Below are positions 11,332-23,300 of a DNA stretch of 64,000 bases, piece after piece (position 1 is the stretch's first letter; every line of letters starts with the position of its first letter). This DNA is from Macrostomum lignano (taxonomy: Eukaryota): positions 1 to 64,000 of the forward strand of contig NIVC01003133.1 of NCBI GenBank assembly GCA_002269645.1, read 5' to 3'. The notes under the pieces were generated by a model. The model saw only the letters and a list, made by a program, of their open reading frames with translations. It ran no database searches and was not told where the DNA came from. The position numbers and the translations under genes were made by a program.

Positions 11332-14300
11332 TCAAGCAACCGATGTGGCATTATCGGCTCGCTTGAGAAACTCTTTGAGTCGGGCATCCTTGGAATCGTC
11401 CGACATGCTTGAGAAGCTGGTGCGCAATGTCTGCAGAATTGATCAGTAGTGATGCGATCAGTTGGAGATACAGGTTTGATTTGCATTCAGCTAAATCCCA
11501 ATCCCATGCCTACTTATATAATAAGCTCACAATGTCACGCGGCACATAAGCAGCGCGCCCTAGCAACACCCTTTTGTTGCGTAACATTCTGATCACCCAA
11601 CAGTTTGATGAACTCAACTGAAGCAGCTGAATTACCAATGGCATTGGATAACTTTTGTTCCGTGTGACATCGTTTGTTAAGAGGGGTGAAGCTGGCGCTG
11701 GATACTATTACCTACGTACGATCATGAAAGCAAAATCTATGGATTGCATCAACAAAGGATGAAATTTAAAACAAATTTAAAAAATCAATAAACTCCTATC
11801 GATATAATGCAACGAACCAATGAGGGAATAACGAATTATAAATTAATTTTAACTCCTGCATCTACTGCTGCAAAAACACATAAGATATAACAGCATAAGA
11901 TTTCGAAGTATTTTAAATATACTTCCTTGTACTACCAAGCGCTAAAGGTTAGAGATATGTCAGTTTTCAATTTGCGTGATGGTGATAGTAAGTGTACTTG
12001 CTAATTTTAATAAATAAATAATTTTTGGTGTTTCAATCAATATGAAAACAGTACGAATACTTCCTGACTAACGTTGAGATATCATGGGATTACTAAAGGC
12101 ATGCATTTCAACAAAATAACTAAAAATTCGATGAAGGTAAAATTGACGCAAAATCTGGTGCGCAACGGCAGTGCAGGTATATATAAACTGTTGTAAGCGT
12201 TGCTTTTGTACACGGAAATAGCAAAATTTGCTAAAAAGCTCAGGTTTCACTGGGGATCAAGAAGCAGCAAATCAGCAAGCAAAGGAGTACACTTCCTACA
12301 GGTAGACTGTAGATTCCGTTTTCCAATATAATGAAGCTCACCATCTTTTTACATCGTAGGTTATTAGTTAATCTAATATTATCACCTTTATCTCAGTATG
12401 AAAGCTATTTCACTGGAAAATAGCGATGCTGAAGATGTAGGAAAATTATAGTTAAATATTTAGCGTTGCTGTTCAATATAATAAATCAATTATAGGTTGT
12501 AATGTAAGTGCCACAGAAAATTGAAAGCCTATGATAGTAATTTAAAGCCGAAAGCAGTGTAATAAAGATTCGTTCCAGAAGAAAGAAAAAATACGTAATT
12601 TGATATGTATACTCTTGAAAGAGCTTAGATGTTCAGTATACAGAAACTAGTATACAATCAAATTTATTGAAGTTAAGTAAGCATTAGAGTATCTGTCGAT
12701 TTCATCATAAACTTTGTTTTATGGAACTGATGCCTGCCTGCTTTCTCCCCTCTTCTAAAGGTAAGGGTGTTTGTGCTTTTTATCGATTGCTTTGTCTAGG
12801 TGTTTTTTATAGATTTTTGTCGGCCCTGAATCTTCACACTTACCCCGGTAGCACACCCCCTCTTCTTCTCGATCGCCTGTCTGGGGTGGATGGACGGTTA
12901 TCGATTTTCTAGTTGGCCACTCTAGCCCCACCGACCCCTCATTTTCTACCGCCCGCCACTTCTGATCGATCGATAACCCCTTATGGGGCCGAAGTCTTGT
13001 TTTGACTTCTTTAAGAAACCACATATACGCTAGTATTATATAGTGAATCACTTTACTCTGGACTCAGCAGTTTAAACAGCTTCTTTTCCCTATATGTCTC
13101 GTACTTTGCACAATAATTTTGTGCGAATCCTAGGAAAGCCAGTAAGATCCATATGGTTTAGAAAAATTTAAAGAATGAAAAACGAAAAATAGAGAGCTTA
13201 AAGTAATAGAACATTTTGAGATAAAATACCTTACGAGCGAATAACGAGCAGTAAACATATTTAAAGAGATGCTTGAATGCATACGCTCGTACAAGCGAAT
13301 CAATTTTCTACAGAAATTGCTATGCTTATACTAACCTTGACACTTCTAGGTGTCTCAGCAGCAGCGGCAGCGGCTGCAGCAGCCTCTACTTCTTTCAACG
13401 TGTTGAACAAGTTGGACCACATGTCCACCAGCGTTTTCTGACGCTCCGTGTGGGTTGCGTTCCTGTGAAAATATTTGTAAATGAAATATCATGAGAACGA
13501 TGTAGGAAAGCTGGAAATTTCCACTATTGTACGTAGCACGTAGCTCGTAGATCAAAATTCGAAATACCAATCTTAGAAAGTCACCATCAAGTGGTAACGT
13601 GCTTAGGGCTTTTCGTGCAATTTACGCCCAAGTCGTGCAAGAGCCAGCCTACCTGGGCACAGAGCGTGACTGTGTGTGCGTGCGTGTGCTTAAGGTTCAA
13701 GTTCAGTGTGTGTCGCCTTGATTTACGGCACGCCTTGATTGTTGCCCCATGATCCGGCAATATCTCTCTCACCTGTGCTGCAGGTAAGCGTCGGCCCTCT
13801 GTTCCACTTTGCAGTGGACAAAGCAGGGCACCTGCTGTACTCGCCGCTGCTTCCAGTAGGGCCGCATTGGCACCAAAATCTTCAGACTGTAGCAGAAAAG
13901 TCGCTCTTCATCGTTGCGAGCACTGACAGCGGCTTCGTCAGCGGCGGCAGTGACGTCTCCGTCGATGGCAGCTCCTGTCGCGTCAACGTCGCCTTCTCCG
14001 CTGGTCAACTCGCGTCGACCTCGAATGAAGAGGCTGCGACCGCCGGCTGCAAGGGCCCAGCCGCCCTGCTGCCACGGTTCGGGCAGCTGGTAGGGCGGTG
14101 GCAGGTTAAAGTGCAGCACCTCCCTGCGAAAGGCATCAGTCAATACAAGTTATGGATTATTAGATGGAGGAACTAAGGTATGAATAAAGATAGATTACGC
14201 AAGATTTGTTGAGTTAAACATAAGAAACATAAAAACACATTACGCGTAGATTAAAAGCATTACTGTTGTTTTTGACGTTTCAATATCAATGATACCATTT

Positions 14301-17300
14301 GAGGATACATAGGCTTCGATACGGTTACAATGCCTTCAAAGCCTGCCATCTGAGTTACTAATAATAATACCTAATTAAACCTTCACTATGCATCTTTTAC
14401 GAGGTAAGTCCCTACATGTATAATGCATCTTAGAGGAGATCGAGATAGAAGGAGGCTTAGTCGCGTCAGGCATCGGTGAACACAATAATAGTAAACATAA
14501 TTAAACTGCACAGTTGACAAAAGTAGCCACTATTGAAAAAACTCGTAATTTGACTATGAGGTTTTCAAGAAATTTAAACAAATCGATATATTACCTACAA
14601 AACAAAAGTAACAGTGTGGTAGCAGTTACCTTCCAAGACGAACGTCGTGCAACACAATGGCTCCACTACGGGTGGCCCTCAGCAGGAGGGTCGGATGACC
14701 CAGTGGATAGTAGTCCACCAGTTGCGGAGCCTCGTAAGCGTGCCTGGCGCTGTGCGGCAGCGGACTCGCTGTCGGAGGAGCGGCTTCGGGACCAATGTCG
14801 GCTAGGTACGGCTTAAGGTCGCTGTTGTAGATAGCGGCTCTAACAGGTTGAGTGGACCTGCGTTGGCAAGGATAGCTCAGGTAGTTTAATGAACAAGACT
14901 GGTTTGATTGGTTTCACCTTCGGATCTTGAGACCAGGGATGAGTTGCACTGGTCTATGAGGAATCAGACATGAGTTGCACTGGGCTATGAGGAATCAGAC
15001 ATGAGTTGCACTGGTCTATGAGGAATCAGACATGAGTTGCACTGGTCTTTGAGGAATCAGACATGAGTTGCACTGGTCTATGAGGAATCAGACATGAGTT
15101 GCACTGGGCTATGAGGAATCAGACATGAGTTGCACTGGGCTATGAGGAATCAGACATGAGTTGCACTGGTCTATGAGGAATCAGATATGAGTTGCACTGG
15201 TCTATGAGGAATCAGACATGAGTTGCACTGGTCTATGAGTAATCAGACATGAGTTGCACTGGTCTATGAGGAATCAGACATGAGTTGCACTGGTCTAGTG
15301 TGGGATCAATCAAGGATCGCGGGAAAATGGATGCACTTTAGTCTCTATAGTGATCAGTAAGCGGTGCTGTGATATCCGGCACATTTACTTGTAAATTGCC
15401 TGGCCTAGATTGTCGCTCTGCTCCTCGTCGGCCGGTGGATTAAGGAAGAAGACTCGAACGATTGGACGCGGATTTTCCGGATCCACGCTAATCACGTGAC
15501 GCACTAGGCCGAGTCGAAGGTCGTGTAAGATGAGGTTGCCGGACTCCAGGCCGACGGCAATCAAGGAGGCGCAGTGTGATACCGTGAGACAGGTAACTGG
15601 CGAACCGAAAGTCCAAACCGTCTCGGGGCGGAATTCCAGATCTGAGATGGATAGAGAAAGAAAGCAAGAAAAGTACTTTTTCATTATGGAATTAGTTTAG
15701 AGGAATTTTCTTTTTTAATTTTAGTTCCAGTGCTTCGCAAATATTTTCGTGTAGTCTAAAAACAGTGCATTTTACCCCGAAAGAGTGACAAAAAGTTAGT
15801 ACCTTGTAAAAAATTGGAATGTGCATCACTTGATTTAATTGCAATGGAAAAAACATTTAGAAAGCACTTGTATATGAGATGAAATTATCCTAATTAATTA
15901 TAGTTTCTTAATTTAAAAAAATTATATTGACGATTAATTGACTAAAATAAAATCGCGTCAAACAGAAAGAGTGATTGACAGTTAAGTTAGACTGGAGTGC
16001 AGAGAGGCCCGGTGAGATAAGGTCGTCCCGGGGAGTGGGGTGGCTGCAGCAGATTGGGGTGCAGAGAAGCGGGGTGAGAGATAGGTTGTCCCGGGGAGTG
16101 GGGTGGCTGCAGCAGATTGGGGTGCAGAGAAGCGGGGTGAGAGATAGGTTGTCCCGGGGAGTGGGGTGGCTGCAGCAGATTGGGGTGCAGAGAAGCGGGG
16201 TGAAAGATAGATCGTCCCGGGGAGTGGGGTGGCTGCAGCAGATTGGGGTGCAGAGAAGCGGGGTGAAAGATAGATCGTCCCGGGGAGTGGGGTGGCTGCA
16301 GCAGATTGGGGTGCAGAGAAGCGGGGTGAAAGATAGATCGTCCCGGGGAGTGGGGTGGCTGCAGCAGATTGGGGTGCAGAGAAGCGGGGTGAGAGATAGG
16401 TTTTCCCGGGGAGTGGGGTGGCTGCAGCAGATTGGGGTGCAGAGAAGCGGGGTGAAAGATAGATCGTCCCGGGGAGTGGGGTGGCTGCAGTGGATTGTGG
16501 ATCTTGGGTGCAGAGAGGCTGCGGCTGATAGATTTGATTGACACTGGTGACAATGTCATCAAGTCTGGTTTTATGAGAAATGAATTTGATACGGAAGTTC
16601 GTAATTTTTATCATTTGTCTTGAAACGATGGAAAATTTACAAGCTCGTGAAAATTACAGATAACTGATCTTTTACTATGGTGATAGATGTCTAATGGCAC
16701 TAATTTTGAATACTAATTTTTTGCTATATAGAACCAACCAGCCAGTTGAATTTGCCCTAATCGGCTGGACTTTAATTGTCTAGTTGGCGCAGTCATCTGC
16801 ATCACTGACGACCGACTCGACGCGCGTCCCAGCTGTTGAACATGACGACCTTCATCGCTGGTGGCAGAATCATCTGGATGATCGCCAAGTTTGGTGTCGA
16901 AGAGGAATAATTCGAAACCGGCATTTTACACGGTGCACTACTTGGTTAGTTAGTAGTAAAAGTGTGATACGAAATTTCGCGTCAGTGAGAAAATGTCTTC
17001 TTTTTTGGAACCTGTTGTGAATTAGCACCCTACCTGTTGTGAATTAGCACCCTACCTGTTGTGAATTAGCACCCTACCTGTTGTGAATTAGCCACCCTAC
17101 CTGTTGTGAATTAGCCACCCTACCTGTTGTGAATTAGCACCTATCTGCTGTGAATAAGCACCCTACCTGTTGTGAATTAGCCACCCTACCTGTTGTGAAT
17201 TAGCACCCTACCTGTTGTGAATTAGCACCTATCTGCTGTGTATAAGCAACCTACCTGTTGTGAATTAGCACCCTACCTGTTGTGAATTAGCACCCTAACT

Positions 17301-20300
17301 GTTGTGAATTAGCACCATAACTGTTGTGAATTAGCAACCTACCTGTTGTGAATTAGCACCCTACCTGTTGTGAATTAGCACCCTAACTGTTGTGAATTAG
17401 CACCCTATCTGTTGTGAATTAGCACCCTATCTGTTGTGAATTAGCACCCTATCTGTTGTGAATAAGCAGCCTACCTGCTGTGAATTAGCACCTACCTGCT
17501 GTGAATAAGCATCCTACATGTGGTGAATTAGCACCCTGCCTGTTGTGAATTGCGCCTCCATTACTTACTGCAGCAGAACTACAGTGTACCAACTACTTTA
17601 ACCATTCAAGTACATTGATATATTAGGCCAATATGCAATATATTAGGCCAATAGTACAGCCAGTCAAACGATAATTAACGTTGCACGTTCGATGTAATAT
17701 TGGCATCTTGGGTGTTGACTTTGACTTTGGAGTCCTCTGCTCAAGCAAGTATACCTCTCTCTTTCTGTCTGTCATACTTGACTTTGTTTGCTCTGTTCAA
17801 ATATTTGCTTAGTCAACAGGTTCTACGAGGCAATTGTATTCGCCGCTATGAAATGCCACTCTATGCTCTATATTAAGATATGTTTGCGTTTAATTCACTC
17901 TGCAGATGAACAATCTATAAAAAGGCTGCAACAAGTCAATATAGGTTGGAAAGTTTTTGTCGGCGCGTATTGTGGTAGGTTGGTGCACTTCGAATAAATT
18001 TCTGACTTGGGTAGCTGTAATAAGAAATACCAGCAAATGTTGGCTTTGCGCTCGTTATGCCGGTCCTTCCAACCGTTTTTTTGTTTGACTTGGACTTTGT
18101 CTTAATTGCTGGTTCTACGGAGCTGCCGGAATCCATCAACAAATCATGAACTAGTGCTGCATTTAGATAATGTTAGGAATGCTTTGTTTGAGGAGATTAT
18201 TGCACTTTTGATCAGCTAATTATATAAAGTTTGGTCTATTCAATTTTTTTAAAGAAAAAAGTTCCTAGAAATGAAATTTAGGAAGCCAGGAGGCAGAGAG
18301 TCGAGGCATGAGGTAGATGTTGTGGAATGTACGCGTACATCTAGGGGTAGGGGAGCTGAGAGGCCAGACGTGGGTGTTGTGAAATGTGCATCTAGGGGCA
18401 GGGGAGCGGAGAGGCCAGTCGTGAGGTGGGTGTTGTGGAATGTGCATCTAGGGGTAAGGGGAGCGGAGAGGCCAGTCGTGAGGTGGGTGTTGTAGAATGT
18501 GCATCAAGGGGCAGGGGAGCGGAGAGGCTAGTTGTGAGGTGGGTGTTGTAGAATGTGCATCAAGGGGCAGGGGAGCGGAGGGGCCAGTCGTGAGGTGGGT
18601 GTTGTGGAATGTACCTGCAATGTTAGGGGTACTAAGAGGCTTTTTGTAAAGTTGGTTCTCGGGTAATAAAGGTTAGAGGTGTTGAGAGACGAGTCGCGAG
18701 ATGGGCTATCATGGAATTTATGTAAGTACATCCCGATCTTCGAGCCAGAGCGCACCAATAAGTTGTACACTCACCTTTGCCCACCTTGAGCAGAGGGTAG
18801 ATAAACACTTTGTAGTCGCCTGACCAGGCCACAGCAGCGCTGACGCAAACATTCTTGTCCATTGTTTGCTCTGTGCCCTGAGTGCGGCCGGGCTTCAGGA
18901 ACTGGACAGTAGGCAAGCTGTGAATTTTACGGGTAAATTAACGGGACTTAAAATCATGCACTAATCGATAGATACTCGTATTTAGCAATACTTACGCCAT
19001 GCTAGCTGCCTCATTATTGTCGCTGTCCAACAGGTATTTCAACTCTTCCGGTCTTTCCCGTCTAAAATTTGCTTCGCGCAATTGCAGATGCGGCTGAGTT
19101 AGCAAGTGGGCGGCGCCACTGCCGACCACCTCGCCGCTGGAGTCGATGAGTTTAAGGTTTGGCGTGGTGGCGCCGGCTGTGGACGCCACCGGCTGGGGCT
19201 GGCGGACGCGGAGTACCGGTGCCAGCGGGCTGAGCTTGAGAACGGGCACGCGGCCGGCTTCCTCTGAGGCGGTGGGCTGTTGAAAAGAGGGTGTTTTAAA
19301 GAGCAGTAGCGCTTGGGAAGAATCTGAAGGTCCTTAATATTGCTTAAAGGTAGTCGCCGTCGTCAAATTTATTTAAAAATCACATCAAGAAATAATCATG
19401 CTGCCTTTTGGTCAATGAATAAAACGCATATAGTACAGGTTCGGGGATACAGGTGTCAAACGTCAAAACAAATTAATGTTTTCTAAAGGTATATATACAT
19501 ATCAAGAAAAATTCATAATTACTTTTATATCTAGTACGCAAGTTTGCGTCCACATTAGTACCTATGGGTTAACCTTGATGCTAAAAATGTAACAAGTCAT
19601 TGTATTTATTTGGATAATTTCATTGACCTTGAGGAACGCTAGGGCCTTTGCTTTACATAAAGTTGACTTTGTCTGCCGTCTATATCAAGGTCTTTTGGTT
19701 TTTCTCCCATGCCAAGGTCATTGGGGCCTGTACTTAACCCAAGGTCACTGTCATTCGAGCCTTCTCTCGACTCAAGGTTATTTGGGTCTTTGCCTACCCT
19801 AAGAAAGTTCTGGTCTACGTTAACTTTTAATGTCGTTTGATTTTCGAAAGGTCATTGGCGTGGTTCAGTTTTGTTCTATATGTACAATGTATCATGACAT
19901 TCGGTAGAAAAACTTATTCATTAGCCAAAGAGCGTTGTCTTTGCTTTGAGACTAAAAGGTTTCTAATACGCTTTGGATATTCTTTTAGTGGTAAATTTTG
20001 ACACAGAATAACCAAGTCAAACGAATCTACGTTTTCTACTGGTCTGGGTCTCTACTACGAGCTGTGTTACCCGTCGTCTGCTACCGCGCCTCCTTCTACT
20101 AGAGCCTCTGATCTCCGCGGCATTGGCCGCCGAAGATGAACGGCGACTGCCAGCAAAATTTTTGCTGCCGCCGCCGCCGCCGCCACCGCTGACTGATCTC
20201 GCTGAACGGCGGCTGCTGGCGCGAACTGAAGCAGAAGATTTTCTCGAGGCGGAGCCTCGACTGCTGCTGCTGCCACCAGCGCTGGACAGAATCGACTGTT

Positions 20301-23300
20301 TGCGGCCTGAAGGACGTCTCGCTTGACGCTTGAGTTGGCGTATTGTTGGTTTGTGGTTGTTGTTTAACGGGGTGCCGTAAGGCGTGGCTCTACCGCTGAC
20401 TAGATAGAATGGGTCTTCCAGGAGCGTATGCTCGGGCCACCTCAAGATTGGGTCCCTATGGAGCTGCCTTAAAAAGATGGCATACCTACGGAGGGGTTGG
20501 ATGCCAACAAAGGCTAAATAGTTAGGTGGTCCTAACTGCATGCGAAGCTGTTGTTTATTTGCAAGGCATGGCACCGCCAACCCGCTGAGTAGACCAGGTC
20601 TGGTCTCCTCAGAGACCATCATGAGCCGGCGTAAACTACTCATCAGGTCGACCATTTTTGGGCATGCCTAGGAAATGAATTCCCACACCGAAGAACTGAC
20701 TATCACCACAATACACGTGAGAGCCTGTCACTAAGGCACTGAACACATCTCCAATGCCTAGGATCCCTGATTCCGAGTGGGTCACGCTAACAGGGTACCA
20801 ACTTCTGGGGCTCATGCAGTCCTTTGATCAATTCCCGTGCCTTTCCTTGCCTAAGGTGTTCGATTGCTGGTACCAGCTTCTGGGGCACGAGGCCTGACCA
20901 GGTGGTCATGAATGTCAAAGTGAAGAAATTCAATTAAGCGCGGGTAAACGGTGAGAGTAACTATAAATCTCTTATTGGCCTTCGCATTGGCCTTGTTGGC
21001 CTTGTATGGAGCTGGAGAGGGGGTTGTGAAAAGAAGACGGACGAGTGGCTTCAGACGAAGATGGGTGTGTCAGCCGAGTCTTGGAAGTTGGTGTCGGTTA
21101 GAGTGCTGGAAGGCTCGGTTTGGTGCGCAGAGGTTTGTCATCGTAGGACAGGGGTTAGGTTTGCACGTACTGGTGTGCACAGTCGTGGGTGAGGTGAGGT
21201 GAGGCGAGGTGACATGAAAGCTCAAGGCATCCGCCCGTCAGTTCCATGAATGACGCTGCCTTCTTTAAAAGTTGGCTGATTTGACCACCTGGACGAGGGG
21301 GGGGGGGGTGATGCTACCCGGATGGTGGGCCAGCATAGGCTTGAGCATTATCTTCGGGAAGAATTTCCGGGACAGCTATATTCGGGTAAGAGCAATTGTG
21401 ACTCGTACTCTGACATGCGTAAAGTTGTAGTGCTCAAAAGTCAATGAAATGGGCCTAAAGTATCATGAAGAGCTGTCAGCCACCCCGCCCCTCCGAGTGA
21501 ATTCCCATAATAATTAATTTAATTACAAATGGTACCAACTATAGCAATATTGACCACTAAACCGGTCTTAAGCCAAAATTATTAAACATAAAGCGAATAA
21601 ATCTAACTATTGTTAATGCCTATAGCGTTGCTTATGCCAGCTTTCACGGCAAAGCACTACGTATTACCCTGCAAACCCTTGAACAATAGAAGCGTGAGTT
21701 TTTCGAGCCATATAGTTCTCATAACTTATTAATAAACAATCTCTCTAAATTAATGGCATCCAGAATTGTGGAACTTTTAAAGAAAAATAACACGGTTAAG
21801 AAAGTGAAATAAAGCTTAGCTTGTGTTTTACTAGATGAGGCAGATTGGAAAAACGGTATGTACGTGTAATTTCTGTTATATTGCATGCATAATGCTGCTT
21901 TAGACTGTCTGCATCAGATGCTTGTACGGTTTAATTTCTGGAATGAATAAGCTTGGCGTGCGTGCTTTCTTCGTTTCATTGACGCGCGCTTGAACAATAG
22001 GACTGTAAAACTCTTTTGGGCAAACACGCAGAGCTGATTAAACCGCAGTTGCCGCCCTCTCTCTCTTGTCGTCCCACAGGGCCCTGCTCTGCCCCCCCCC
22101 CTATAGGCTTAAGGCACAGTTCAATGAGAGAAGAGCCCGAGGCCTTTCAAGCAAGATATGCCAAGTTATAACTAGCTAATGCTAATATATATAGTTGAGA
22201 GCAAAGTTGCAAGAGCAGGCCCAACTCAGACTCTGGTTGGAGAGATTCGAACTAGACGAATCATGCCTATTATTGCGTACTGCTATCGCCTCATCACAGG
22301 CAGGTATCCGCGCTACGTTGAGTACTCGTTAAGGATGCTGGCTCTACTGGCAGGCGTCTGTCTCATATTCCTTCTATCCCGGATGCTGCTGCTCAGAGTT
22401 GACGAGTCCAACTCCGCCACGCTGAACGCAGAGAAACTCGCTCTGAAAGAAGCTAGTCTAGCACGCGGCACCGTCCAGCACGCCTGGAGGCAGTACCGGC
22501 GCCATAGTTGGGGCGCCAACGAACTGGCGCCGGGTGCTGTGGCGCCAAGTAAAGAGGCCGATCGATTGGTTGGGAGAAAATCCGGTTTAACTATTGTTGA
22601 AAGCTTGGCTACACTGCATCTGATGGGACTGGACGAGGAGCTGCTGCAGGTGCGTCATCAATATGGTTCACAGGTCGAAATATTTGGAGGTTTAACTAGC
22701 AACCTTAACCCTTGCAATCTCCCCCAAGTGGGTCATGCAGGCATCTCAGCGACTCCCCAATGAGCTTTGGCATTTCAGCAACTTTCAGCAACAGTAGATG
22801 TATAAAAAATGAAGCTGCATATAAACAAATATGAAAATGGAGTTAAAAATGATAATTTCTGTCATTAAAAAAACTCAAATCTCTGAACTGAAAAGTAAAT
22901 AATTAACTTGGCAACCCGCTTTCTCAATCGCAGGCACAAGAATGGATTGACAACCGTTTCGACTTTACTAACACAACTGAGCCCGTGAGCACAGCGGCGA
23001 CCAGCTCTCGCTTGCTCGGTGGCCTGCTATCGGCGTTCAGCCTCACCGAACACCTGCCGTTTCTCTACAAAGCCCTCCAGGTAGCCGAGGGCCTACTAGT
23101 GGCGTTCGACACTCCGTCCGGTTTGCCAGCATCAGCTGCTGTCCCCTTCCAGGGTCCCGTGGCCGCTGGCCGATTCATCAGTCTAGACGAGATGTCGCAG
23201 TTGTACCTGGAGTTTGCCTACTTGCACCGGCTGACCGGCTTGCAGAAGTATGGCAACGCTGCCGACGCTATTCTGGCGCCGTTGCGACGACATATGGACG

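Noticed and set aside
11226-11486. 86-aa track ORF as a separate gene
   Set aside because: An overlapping frame (11430-11332) serves better as the phase-0 terminal exon of WDR93.
14939-17552. CRISPR-like regular repeats (31-, 22- and 21-bp arrays here and at 50621-51720)
   Set aside because: Units are contiguous with no unique spacers, there are no cas genes, and the context is eukaryotic intronic DNA.
19620-19860. Cluster of CAAGGTCA-like nuclear-receptor half-sites
   Set aside because: Degenerate, and equally explained as an old repeat remnant; no functional evidence.
20894-20974. Functional rRNA gene
   Set aside because: Only ~80 nt, several substitutions, and no other rDNA nearby.
20951-21202. 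83-aa hydrophobic ORF from the track
   Set aside because: It starts inside the 28S fragment; the meaningful frame is the overlapping R2-like frame 20998-21192.
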